From an uncultured Chloroflexia bacterium (GTDB lineage Bacteria; Chloroflexota; Anaerolineae; Aggregatilineales; UBA3940), in contig CAWBCR010000022.1 of assembly GCA_963787375.1 (NCBI GenBank), positions 8,041-72,040 on the forward strand: 64,000 nt of DNA, read 5' to 3'. A program made the position numbers and the translations under genes. Under the pieces are notes generated by a model. It was not told where the DNA came from and did not search any database. It saw only the letters and a program-made list of their open reading frames with translations. This document shows positions 1 to 10,381 of this stretch, one piece after another; position 1 is the stretch's first letter; each line of letters begins with the position of its first letter.

Positions 1-142
1 ACAGAACGGGGATGGCAAGCAGGGGGGGGAATGCGCGCAGGTACGTGCCGATACCCCGCACATCGGAGTACAGCAGCAGCCCGACGATAACCGCCACGCC
101 AAACAGCCCGCCAATGATTAGCTTGTTACGGATATTCTTCAT
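1..142 (-). CDS. N-terminus of a membrane protein (possibly lysylphosphatidylglycerol synthase TM/flippase-like), runs off window edge
   Basis: Manual translation from ATG at 142: MKNIRNKLIIGGLFGVAVIVGLLLYSDVRGIGTYLRAFPPLLAIPVL; hydrophobic N-terminal helix. Confidence 0.55.
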   Translation of the reverse strand, partial: MKNIRNKLIIGGLFGVAVIVGLLLYSDVRGIGTYLRAFPPLLAIPVL

Positions 143-291
143 TCAGTCACCCCGGCAGGTCCGCCACGGCGCGATTGTATCAGAGGCGCGGAACTCCATC
201 AAACACGGCTGAAGGGCGCTTGTCCTGTCGAACGGGTTGAGGATACACTAGCTATGAATAGCAGCGTAATCCAGGCAGCGGGACACAACGC

Positions 292-2049
292 GTGAACGGG
301 CAGCAAGAGTTCGGCCAACTCAACGACCACAAATGGCTTCACCGCCTGACGCGCCCCTGGTCCATCCGCAAGCGGCTGCTGCTGGCAGTGCTCGGCGGGC
401 AGGCACTGGCGCTGATCGCCGCCGGCGCGGCGCTGGCAGCCGTTGCGTGGATCTGGCCGGATTCCTCGTGGGCGGCAGCAGCGGCTGGTGCTGTGTCCTT
501 TACTGCATTCGAAGCCGCCACTCTGTTAATCGTTTCTACCGTAGCCGGCAGGCTGTCGACACGTGTGTCGTCACTTAGCACGCAGGTCAGCCGGTCTGAC
601 CTGCATCGCGGGCTCACCCTCACACCCAGCACAGACGAACAGGATGAGCTGTGGAAGCTCATCGACACCCTGAACGCGAGGCTCCTGGCCACGCATCGTG
701 TGTTGGGCGACCTGTCGCACCGAGCGGACCGGATGAGGGCGCTAAACCAGGTCGCGGCGACGATCAACCGGACGTTCGATCTCGACGAAATCTACAAAAC
801 GAGTCTGGCGGAGGCGCTGCGCAGTACCGCATGTGACATGGGTGCTGTGTATCTGTGGGATGCACGTGTCAGCATGTTGAACATGGTTAACTTCATAGGC
901 ATGGAAGACGAGACCGTGCGCCGGATGTATGCCTGCAGGCTCGGCGAAGGAACGGTTGGGCAAGCGGCGCAAACCTACCAGGTGATCGTCACCGGTGCAC
1001 AACCAACGGATTTGAACGTCGCTGGATGGACGCCGGCTTGCCAGATTGCGCTGCCGATGGTGACGGCACCTGGAGAGATGCTTGGCGTGCTGTTGATCGC
1101 CAGCTCGACGGCTCCGTCAGTCTCTGATGACACTCTTGACCTTTTGGTCACGGTGGCACGCCAGGTGGCGCTGGCGACAGACAAGTCCAAGCTGTACGCC
1201 CAGGTCAAAGAGCATGCCGCCGATCTGGAGGACATCGTTGAGGCCCGAACGGAAGAACTGGCGCAGGCCATAGATAAACTGTCTGAGGCGCTGGAGCGCG
1301 CGCAGGCAGCCGACCGGGTCAAGTCGCTGCTGCTGTCGACCGTCTCACACGAACTCCGCACCCCGCTGGCGACAATCAAGGGCAATACATCGCTGCTGAT
1401 AGAACACCACCAGCGCATCGGGCCGGACATGCTGGTCGAGCACCTGCGCGATATCGAAGAGGAAACCGACAAGCTGACCGAGCTGATCAGCAGCCTGATG
1501 GAGATGTCGCGCATCGAGGCGGGTGTGCTGCACATCGAGCGCGAGCCGGTAGATCTGGGACACGTCGTCGCCGAGGCAATTGCCGCCGCGCGGCTTCGCG
1601 ATGGTGGGCATCCCCTGACGCTTGACACGCCGGAGGACCTGCCGATAGTCTTCGGCGATGCACGACGGCTTGAGCAAGTGGTGGCCAACTTGCTCGACAA
1701 TGCCGCCAAGTACTCCGAGCCAGGCACCCTTATCGCGGTGGAGGCACATGCCAGCGATAACTCACTGATTGTGTCGGTGAGCGACAGGGGGCCGGGCATT
1801 GCGCCGGAACATCTGGAACGTATCTTCGAGCACTTCTACCAGGTCTCGCAGCGCGGCAATTCGCAGCGGCATGGCATCGGACTGGGGCTGGCGATCTGCC
1901 GGGGACTGATCGAGGCGCACCACGGCAGGATATGGGTACGCAGCACTCCCGGCAGGGGATCGACGTTTTCGTTTAGCCTGCCGCTGATTACCCCCGAGCA
2001 ATTGAGCAGTGGAGGACCCGGTGAGCAAGGCAACCATTCTCGTCGTTGA
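292..2049 (+). CDS. Membrane sensor histidine kinase (2 TM, HAMP-like, GAF, HisKA, HATPase)
   Basis: H-box SHELRTPL, N-box NLLDNAAKY, DRGPG, GIGLGL, GRGSTF. Confidence 0.93.
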   Translation: MNGQQEFGQLNDHKWLHRLTRPWSIRKRLLLAVLGGQALALIAAGAALAAVAWIWPDSSWAAAAAGAVSFTAFEAATLLIVSTVAGRLSTRVSSLSTQVSRSDLHRGLTLTPSTDEQDELWKLIDTLNARLLATHRVLGDLSHRADRMRALNQVAATINRTFDLDEIYKTSLAEALRSTACDMGAVYLWDARVSMLNMVNFIGMEDETVRRMYACRLGEGTVGQAAQTYQVIVTGAQPTDLNVAGWTPACQIALPMVTAPGEMLGVLLIASSTAPSVSDDTLDLLVTVARQVALATDKSKLYAQVKEHAADLEDIVEARTEELAQAIDKLSEALERAQAADRVKSLLLSTVSHELRTPLATIKGNTSLLIEHHQRIGPDMLVEHLRDIEEETDKLTELISSLMEMSRIEAGVLHIEREPVDLGHVVAEAIAAARLRDGGHPLTLDTPEDLPIVFGDARRLEQVVANLLDNAAKYSEPGTLIAVEAHASDNSLIVSVSDRGPGIAPEHLERIFEHFYQVSQRGNSQRHGIGLGLAICRGLIEAHHGRIWVRSTPGRGSTFSFSLPLITPEQLSSGGPGEQGNHSRR

Positions 2050-2714
2050 TGACGAGCCCAAGATTGTCCGCTTCATCCAGACATCACTGTCGCTGGCCGA
2101 CTACGACGTGCTGACGGCTGCAACGGGAAGCGAGGCGCTGCGCGCCTGTGAGGAGCAGCGCCCCAACCTGATCGTGCTCGACCTGGGTCTTCCGGATATC
2201 GATGGCTTTGACGTGCTGCGCGAAATCCGGGCGACTTCGGTGGTCCCGATCATCATCCTCACCGCCCGCGACGATGAGCAGGACAAGGTGCGAGGGCTGG
2301 AAGCGGGCGCCGACGACTACCTGACCAAGCCATTTGGCACGCAGGAACTGACGGCGCGTATCCAGGCCGTGCTGCGCCGTGTGGAGTGGGCACCGCAGAC
2401 AGGTGACCTTCCCGAGTTTTCCTGGCGCGACCTCCAGGTCGATTTTCGGAGGCGGCGCGTGGTCATTCGCGGTCAGCAGGTCCACCTGACTCCCCACCGA
2501 ATACGATCTGCTGCGGATGCTGATCCAGAACTCCGGGCAGGTGCTCACACATACCGATCTGCTGACGCATGTATGGGGGCCGGAGTATCGCAACGACCTG
2601 GCGATTCTAAGAGTGAACATCTCGCGACTGCGACAGAAGCTGGAAGAGGACGCCCGGCAGCCGGGCTACATCGTCACGGTGCCGGGGGTGGGCTATACGC
2701 TGCCTGAAGAATAG
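2021..2714 (+). CDS. OmpR/KdpE-family response regulator (frameshift near 2490, likely sequencing error)
   Basis: Receiver ILVVDD...LDLGLP...DDYLTKPF; winged helix (VWG..Y...LRVNISRLRQKLE...TVPGVGY) continues in ORF 2517..2714. Confidence 0.9.
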
Positions 2715-2753
2715 ACGGCGGCGCGCTCAAACAACCGCCCGACCCCACGTCAA

Positions 2754-3302
2754 TCAGCGCAGCCAGCGGAAACGCCGCCCACGCATCGGACTTTCGTCGG
2801 GCTGATCGGCGCTGCTGCCTTCGATAGGAGAATGCACGATGCGCAACGTCATGCGCAGCGCGCCAAGCTCTATGATGTCGCCGTCCGATAGCGGAAAGTC
2901 GCGGCCCGGCATGAGCCGCTGTCCGTTCACCCAGGTACCATTAGTGCTGTTCTGATCGATGAGGTACAGCGACCGGTCGCCGGGGCGAACGAGGGCATGG
3001 CGGCGCGACACGCCGTGTCGCATCGCCCCGTACGGGGCAAAATCCAGGTCGGGCCGGAAGGCGCTCATCGGGTCGGCGCGGCCCAGCACGGTGACACGCC
3101 ATACGTCAAGGCCAACGGTGCTGGCCTGCTGCCCACTGATGTGAAACAGAACGCGCCACGCTGGGCCAGCACGCTCGGGTGTAACTTCGGGCGGAGGCGG
3201 CGAAGGGAGAGTCTCTTCGGGTATTGCTGGCGCTGCCGGCAGGTCGAGGTCGACATCCTCGTCAAGCGGCTCATGCGGCTGATTTAGTGGTTTTGTGACC
3301 AC
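2754..3302 (-). CDS. FHA domain protein with acidic/Pro-rich N-terminal tail
   Basis: FHA motifs LGR, GVSRRHA, DQNSTNGTWVNG, LSDGDIIELG. Confidence 0.9.
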   Translation of the reverse strand: MVTKPLNQPHEPLDEDVDLDLPAAPAIPEETLPSPPPPEVTPERAGPAWRVLFHISGQQASTVGLDVWRVTVLGRADPMSAFRPDLDFAPYGAMRHGVSRRHALVRPGDRSLYLIDQNSTNGTWVNGQRLMPGRDFPLSDGDIIELGALRMTLRIVHSPIEGSSADQPDESPMRGRRFRWLR

Positions 3303-3516
3303 AAGCTGTCCTCGCTGGAGATCAGTATCCCGGGGCGATCTGGCTCCCGTGAGCTTACCACGGCTCGAATCTATTACGGTAATCCAACCTGAGTCTTACC
3401 CTATTTTTACACCCAAACCCCTGACGTCGCAAGACGCCGCAGTACCAGACCACTATACACCCGTCAGTCTGGCGTTCAAAAACTCCCGGTTGGGATACGG
3501 TTCGTTCTGAGGTCGG

Positions 3517-3545
3517 TTGACACCAATCCCGTGTAACACTATAAT
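3517..3545 (+). promoter_or_regulatory. Consensus sigma70 promoter for the XRE regulator
   Basis: TTGACA (3517-3522), 17 nt, TATAAT (3540-3545). Confidence 0.85.
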
Positions 3546-3586
3546 GCCGTGGAACTGTAGTGTAGCGACACACGCCCTGGATCAGC

Positions 3587-4352
3587 ATGGAAAAGGCGGT
3601 CAGTATGGGACGAAATCTGGATGAAATCCGCCGGCTGCGCGAGCGCGTATCAGGCCCGGCGGTTTCCGCGGAAGAAGCGACCGCCGAGCGGCTGGCGGTC
3701 AAGAACCGGATCATCGGCGTGCTGCTGAATGATGCACGGCGGGGGTCGGCGCGCAGCGTGCAGGACTGCGCCGCGCTCCTCTCTGACCGAAGACGAGTAC
3801 CTGGCGTTCGAAGAAGGACTCAACTCGCCGACACTGCCGCAGCTCGAGATCCTCGCGTACTATTTCAACGTGCCGATCAGCCACTTCTGGGCAGGCGACA
3901 CACTAGCCGTCAAGCGTCAGGAAGACATGATCAAGGAGCGCGTGCCTGATGTCCTGATGCTGCGCCAGCAGATCATCGGCGTGCAGATGCGGCAGCTTCG
4001 CGAGGATGCCGGTATGACCGTGGAGCAAGTGACCGAGGCATCGGGCATCGCCGCTGAAGACATCGAGGCGCTGGAAACAGGACAGATCGCGCTGCCGTTG
4101 AGCGAGCTTGAGTTGCTGGCTTACACGGTCAAGTCGAACCTTGACACGCTGGTCGATCCGCATGGGCCGGTGGGGGGATGGCTGCAGGCGCAGGAGGACT
4201 TCGAAGCCTTCTCGGAGTTGCCTGCGGAGATGCGGCAGTTCATCCTGAAACGCATCAACCGCAGCTACCTGGAGCTTGCCATGCGATTGAGCGATATGGA
4301 AGTCAACAAGCTGCGCACCATCGCCGAGAGTATCCTAGACATTACGCTGTAG
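3587..4352 (+). CDS. Tandem XRE-family HTH transcriptional regulator (frameshift near 3780)
   Basis: Two HTH_XRE-like units (IGVLLNDARR...EEGLNSPTLPQLEILAYYFNVP; IGVQMRQLREDAGMTVEQV) split over ORFs 3587 and 3729. Confidence 0.8.
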
Positions 4353-4384
4353 GTGGCGCTGCCCTTGGGAGAGCATGAGGTGAT

Positions 4385-4930
4385 ATGTCCGACCTAGCAC
4401 CTGACGCCGAGAAGCTTAAAGCCGACGGGCTTCGCCTATTTGAAGAGGGTGCCTACTTCGAAGCGCTGGAGCGCTTCGACAAGGCACGCGAAGCGTTTGA
4501 GAAACAGGATAATCTACTTGAAGCCGCCGAGATGCTGAACAACATGGGGGTCATCCACCGGGTTGAGGGGCGTCTGGACGAGGCTTCACAGTTATTGGAG
4601 CAGGCACGCACGGCGTTTGCCCAGGCAGGTGATCGCAGCCGCGAGGCGCAGGCGCTCGGCAATCTGGCTCCGCTGTACAGCCGGCAGGGCCAGAAGCACA
4701 AGGCTGTCGACAGCTACAAAGAGGCGGCAAAGATCTTCGAAGAGTTGAGGGACGAACAGCGTCAGGGCGAGATCATGCTGTCGCTGGGCATTCTCCAGTT
4801 CCGCGAAGGCGACCGCTCCGCCGGGATGGGCGCTTACGAGTTCGGCCTGCTGCTGATCAAGAACCCCACACCGCAGCAAAAGCGTACGCGAGCGATGCTG
4901 AAGCTGCGCCTGAAGCTGCTCGGCGGATAG
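4385..4930 (+). CDS. TPR repeat protein
   Basis: Repeats such as AEMLNNMGVIH and AQALGNLAPLY. Confidence 0.85.
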   Translation: MSDLAPDAEKLKADGLRLFEEGAYFEALERFDKAREAFEKQDNLLEAAEMLNNMGVIHRVEGRLDEASQLLEQARTAFAQAGDRSREAQALGNLAPLYSRQGQKHKAVDSYKEAAKIFEELRDEQRQGEIMLSLGILQFREGDRSAGMGAYEFGLLLIKNPTPQQKRTRAMLKLRLKLLGG

Positions 4931-4949
4931 CACCCGCTGCAAGGAAACG

Positions 4950-4989
4950 AAAGAGCCGCCCTCCCGTTGGAAGGCGGCTCTTTAATTTC
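4950..4989. terminator. Bidirectional intrinsic terminator between convergent genes
   Basis: aaagagccgcc...ggcggctcttt inverted repeat with A/T flanks. Confidence 0.85.
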
Positions 4990-5009
4990 ATCGGACAGCG
5001 CGCGGCGTG

Positions 5010-7074
5010 TTATTCTTCTTCGACCTTCTTGGACTTGTCGATGATCTCCTGGGCGATATGCGCCGGGACTGCCTGGTAGTGGTCCAGCTCCATCGTGTAC
5101 ACGCCACGGCCCTGCGTGAAGGAGCGTAGGTCGTTGCTGTAGCGCAGCATCTCAGCGAGCGGCACCAATGCGCTCACAATCGCGCGGCCGGCGATCACGT
5201 CGGTGCCCTGCACCTGCCCACGCCGCGAGCTGAGATCGCCCATCACGTCGCCCATGTTGGTCTCCGGCACGGTGATCTTCACCGACATGATCGGCTCCAG
5301 CAAAACGGGCGAGGCCGCCATGAAAGCCTGCTTGAATGCCTCGCGGCCCGCGATCTGGAAGGCGATGTCCTTTGAGTTGACGGGGTGCTCTTTGCCGTCG
5401 GTCACCGCCGCCTTCACATCAACTACGGGATAGCCGGCAATAACACCTAGCTCCAGCACGCTCTTAATGCCTTTCTCGATAGAGGGCATGAACGAGTTCG
5501 AGATCGCACCGCCAAACACCGAGTTGGTGAACTCAAAGCCCGCGCCACGTTCGAGCGGCTCGACGCGAAGCTGCACTTCGGCAAACTGGCCTGCGCCGCC
5601 GGTCTGCTTCTTGTGTCGGTACGTTTCCGTGGCCGGCTTGGTGATCGTCTCGCGGAAGGGCACCTTAGGCGTGGCAGTCTCAAGGTGGACGCCAAGCTGC
5701 GCCGCACGTTTGATGGCCACGTCGACGTGAACGTCGCCCATACCTTCGAGGACGGCTTCTTTGGTGGCAGCATCCTGACGCCATTGAAGCGTGGGGTCCT
5801 CGTCGCACAGGCGGGTAAGCGTCGGTCCCATCTTGGCCGAGTTCCGCCTGGGCAAGCGGCGTCACAGCCACAGCGTAGACGGGCCTGGGGAAGTCGGGCT
5901 GCGCCACAATGATGGGTGTTCCCTTGTCACCGAGCGTGTCCCCAGTGTTGGTGTGTGCCAGTTTGGCGACCGCACCGATGTCGCCAGCGTGCATCGTGTC
6001 GACCTGGAACTGCTCCTTGCCGCGCATCACGAGCAGCGGGCCGATACGCTCTTCCTCACTGCGATTCTGGTTATAGCAGCGGATATCGGCCTTCAATGTG
6101 CCGGAGACCACACGGAAATAGGTTAGCTTGCCGACAAAGGGGTCCGCCGTCGTCTTGAAGACGTACAGTGCCAGCGGACCGCTGTCTGACGCGGTAAGCT
6201 CGATGTCCTGGTCGGCCTTCTTCCCCTGGATGGACGCCGCACGGCTGTCTGGTGCCGGAATGACGCGCGTAACCAGCTCGGTCAGCGCCTTAACGCCGAT
6301 GTTGGCCGTCCCGGCTGTGTAGATGACCGGTACAAATCCGCCGGAACCGACGCCGGCCGTGATCCCTACCCAGATCTCGTCATCGGACAACTCGCCCGCG
6401 TCGAAATACTTCTCCAGCAGCTTGTCGTCGGCCTCGGCAGCGGCCTCTATGAGCGCGATACGCGCCTCTTCGACCGCATCGCTCAGGTCGGCGGGGATGT
6501 CGGCGGAAGGATTCTGGTCGCCGCGATAGACCATGTTTGTCAGCAGATCGACGACGCCGACGAAACGCCCGCCGTCCATGACCGGCACCTGAAATGGCAC
6601 GAACCGGACGCCAAACAGCGTGCTCAGTTCTTCGAGAACATGCTCAGGACGAATATTGTCGCGGTCCATCTTGTTCAGGGCCACTACGCGTGGCAGGCTG
6701 AACTCGTTGGCGAACTCCCAGTACAACTCGGTGCCGACCTCGACGCCCGCCTGGGCATCGACAAGGATCAGCGCAAGGTCCGCCACGCGCAAGGCGTTCT
6801 TGACGTCGCCCTGGAAATCGGTGTAACCGGGCGTGTCGAGCACATTCAGCTTGAGATCGGCGATCTCAAGCGGGATGAGCGACGTCGCGAGGGACAGGCC
6901 GCGCCGGATCTCTTCCTCGTCGTAATCGGAGACGGTGGTTCCCTGCTGAACCTCGCCCACACGGTTAATCGCACCAGTGTTGAAGACCATTGCTTCAACC
7001 AGCGAGGTTTTACCCACGCCCTGGTGCGACACAAGCGCGACGTTACGCAACGATTTGGTCGGATAGACTTTCAT
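5010..7074 (-). CDS. fusA: Elongation factor G-like protein (EF-G2 type), frameshift near 5845
   Basis: SHQGVGKT, RGLS, DTPGY, NKMD; C-terminal HKKQTGGAGQF, GYPVVD, LLEPIM, LRSFTQGRG; no rpsL/rpsG/tuf context. Confidence 0.9.
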
Positions 7075-7302
7075 AAGGGGGTGCCTCCGAAAAGGGGTCA
7101 ATCTCAACACGCATCGCCGGCGGCCAACTGCACGATGAATCGTGGGCCGGGCAATGCGTGGCCAGGACCAACGTCAAAGGTAGGAGGAATTTTAAGGCTG
7201 ATCATGACACTTGTCAACGTTACATTGATCACTACAGGCCTATACTGGATGTAATGGGCAACTTGCCCAATCAACGCAGGCACATCTGGAGGGACATGCA
7301 CT

Positions 7303-8682
7303 ATGCCAGAATACCCGGCAGAACCATTTCGCATCAAGGTCATCGAACCGCTGCGGCGCACCACGCGTGCTCAACGCGAAGATATGCTGAAGGCCGCCGG
7401 CTACAACGTCTTCAAGCTGCGAGCAGAGGACGTATACATAGACCTGCTGACTGACAGCGGTACTGCCGCCATGAGCGACAATCAATGGGCCGGGATGATG
7501 ACCGGCGATGAGTCCTATGCCGGGGCGCGCAATTTCTACGCCCTCAAGGCCGCCATCAACGATATCTTCGGCTTCAAGCATTTCGTGCCAACTCACCAGG
7601 GCCGCGCCGCCGAGAACATCCTGTGCAGCGTGCTGATCAAGCCCGGCGACCTGATTCCGAATAACACGCACTTCGATACGACCGGGGCCAACGTCCGCGC
7701 AGCGGGCGGCTCCCCGGTTGACCTCGTGATCGACGAGGCCAAAGACCCGACCTGCCAGCATCCGTTCAAGGGCAATATGGATACGAGTAAGCTGGCGCAG
7801 TTCATCGAAGAGAACGGAGTGGCGCACATCCCATTCGGGATGATCACCGTCACCAACAACGCCGGAGGTGGGCAGCCGGTTTCGCTGGCAAACATCAGGG
7901 CTGTGGCAGATGTCTATCACCATTACGGAATCCCGTTCTTCATCGATGCCTGCCGCTACGCTGAAAACGCCTATTTCATCAAGCTGCGCGAGCCGGGCTG
8001 CGCCGACAAATCGCCGGCCGAGATCGCACGCGAGATGTTCAGCGTGGCCGACGGCTGCACAATGAGCGCGAAGAAAGACGCGCTGGTAAACATCGGCGGG
8101 TTTCTATGCGTCAACGACGACGCGCTGTTCGAGAAAGTCAAACAGGCACTGATCCTGCGCGAAGGCTTCCCAACTTACGGTGGGCTGGCGGGGCGCGACC
8201 TCGAAGCGATTGCGCGCGGCCTGTACGAAGGGCTCGACGAAGACTATCTGACGTATCGCATCGAGCAGACGGCGTATCTGGGCCAGGGTCTGCTGGACGC
8301 GGGCGTGCCGATTGTCGAGCCGCCGGGCGGGCACGCTGTGTACGTCGACGCGGGGCGTTTCCTGCCACATATCCCCGTCGAGCAGTACCCAGGCCAGGCG
8401 CTCGTGATCGAAATGTACCTGGCCGGCGGAATCCGCGCGGTCGAGCTGGGGAGCGTCGCATTTGCCTACCCTGACGCCCGGACCGGCCAGATCGTCCACC
8501 CGCCGCTGGAGCTGGTGCGGCTGGCCATCCCCCGCCGCGTGTACACGCGCAGCCACATGGACTTCGTGATCGCGGCGATGGGTGAAATCGCCGCCACAAA
8601 GGACCACCTGCACGGCGTGGTGATTACCCAGGAGCCGCCCCTGCTGCGCCATTTCACGGCGGATTTTGCCATCGCCAGCTAA
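7303..8682 (+). CDS. tnaA: Tryptophanase (tryptophan indole-lyase)
   Basis: IDLLTDSGT, PLP lysine in MSAKKD; HFDTT and LRHFTA match tryptophanase rather than tyrosine phenol-lyase (FTTT/LRFFTA). Confidence 0.85.
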   Translation: MPEYPAEPFRIKVIEPLRRTTRAQREDMLKAAGYNVFKLRAEDVYIDLLTDSGTAAMSDNQWAGMMTGDESYAGARNFYALKAAINDIFGFKHFVPTHQGRAAENILCSVLIKPGDLIPNNTHFDTTGANVRAAGGSPVDLVIDEAKDPTCQHPFKGNMDTSKLAQFIEENGVAHIPFGMITVTNNAGGGQPVSLANIRAVADVYHHYGIPFFIDACRYAENAYFIKLREPGCADKSPAEIAREMFSVADGCTMSAKKDALVNIGGFLCVNDDALFEKVKQALILREGFPTYGGLAGRDLEAIARGLYEGLDEDYLTYRIEQTAYLGQGLLDAGVPIVEPPGGHAVYVDAGRFLPHIPVEQYPGQALVIEMYLAGGIRAVELGSVAFAYPDARTGQIVHPPLELVRLAIPRRVYTRSHMDFVIAAMGEIAATKDHLHGVVITQEPPLLRHFTADFAIAS

Positions 8683-8868
8683 TTGTAAGCTGTTCGTGCA
8701 ACACGGCCCGCCCCACTGCGGTACAGTAGCTGAAGGCGGGCCGCTGCTTTGTCAGGCGGGCGAGCGAGGCGGTATACTGCCTGTGTATCGTGGTGGCGGA
8801 ATCGTGAAAAGTCCGATATAGATCGGGCATATTCAAGCGACGTTCACAGGTAGCTGGTCACAAAGCAC

Positions 8869-10369
8869 ATGGCGATGTTCAAGAAGCGAGATCGTACTCT
8901 TCAACCCAAGTACACCACCCGCAGGTACGGGTTGTTTGCCTTCCGTCGCAGAAGCCGGCTGCCGCAGCTTCCGGCCTATGCGACAGGTCCCGCCCGCACC
9001 GGCAGCCCGCTGGCGTGGACGCTGGTCTCCGGCGCGCTGGCGCTGCTCGCACTGATCATCCTTTCGCCCGTCTGGCTGCCCGCGCTGCGCTGGGTGATCC
9101 CCGACCGCTACATCATGGCGTACGTGCCGCCCAAGATCCAGATGGTGATCTTCCAGATCGACGTGAACGAGCAGGTGCCGACGCCCGCCAGCGCAGCAAA
9201 TCGGTCGGCAGCCATTGCGCTGCTCGACACTCCCGCACCGGGTGGCGATACCGGGCCGACGCCTGCTGCTGGGCCAACCGGCACGCCGACGCCCGATCCC
9301 AACACCTACCCCACCGGCGGCTACATCCAGCCGACTGCCCTGCCAGTTGCCCCCACCCCGACTTTCACGCCGCCTCCTCCAGAGCCACTCGAACTCACGG
9401 GCTGTCGACCGGTCCAACGCTGCGGACCTTTCACACGCCGACGCGCTGCTGACCGGCTTCACGTTTCACCAGCAGACCGGTAGCAACAACTGCGGCCCAG
9501 CGTCGGTGGCGACGATGTTGAGCTACTGGGGCATCGACAAGACGCTGGAAGAGACGCGGCAGGTGCTCAAGCCAAACCCCAACGATCCCAATGTGCGGCC
9601 CGACGAGGTGCAGGCCTATGTCGAGTCGCTGGGCCTGCAGATGATTATCCGCGAGGATGGAGACTTCCACCGACTGAAGCTGCTCATCCTTGCAGGCTTC
9701 CCAGTCATGATCGAGACCGGTTACGACCCTGAGCCGCAGACTGTCGGCTGGACCTCGCACTTTCTGACGCTGGTTGGCTACTCGGAACAAGATCAGGCCT
9801 TCATTGCCATGGACACCTACCGCCGCCCAAACTGGTTCTATCCTTACGATGAGCTTGACAAGTACTGGCGGCAGTTCAATCGGCGCTATATGGTCGCTTA
9901 CAAGCCAGAGCAGGCAGCGGCCATCGCGTCGATAATTGGCGAGAACATGGACGATGCGACTATGTGGCAGAACTCAGCCAAGACCGCCCGGCAGGAGCTC
10001 AGTCTTGACCGCAATGACCCGTTTGCGTGGTTCAACCTGGGTACCAGCCTCAACGGCCAGGGTGACTACCAGCATGCAGCGCTGGCCTTCGACCAGGCGC
10101 GGCAGATCGGCCTGCCATGGCGTATGCTGTGGTACCAGTTCGCCCCGTTCGAGACCTACCTGCACGTCAAGCGCTTCAACGACGTCATGTCATTAGCCGA
10201 CGCCGTGTTGCAGAAGATCTCGACCGAGGAACCTTTCTACTACAAAGCGCTGGCCTACGAGGCACAGGGCAACAACCCGGAGGCGCGTAAGATGCTTGAC
10301 CTTGCGCTGCACTTCAACAAGGATTATCAGGCTGCACAGATCGAACTGGACGCGCTGGGACAGAATTAG
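8869..10369 (+). CDS. Membrane-anchored C39-like cysteine peptidase with C-terminal TPRs (frameshift ~9370-9420)
   Basis: TM anchor, Pro/Thr linker, QQ..SNNCGPAS, WTSHFL, MDTY, TPR AWFNLG. Confidence 0.8.
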
Positions 10370-10381
10370 GAAGCTAATCAC

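Noticed and set aside
7204-7254. Trp-containing mini-ORF MTLVNVTLITTGLYWM upstream of tnaA as a TnaC-like leader
   Set aside because: Lacks the W-x3-D...P-stop pattern of TnaC, the AGGAGG is too far upstream, and it overlaps the probable promoter.
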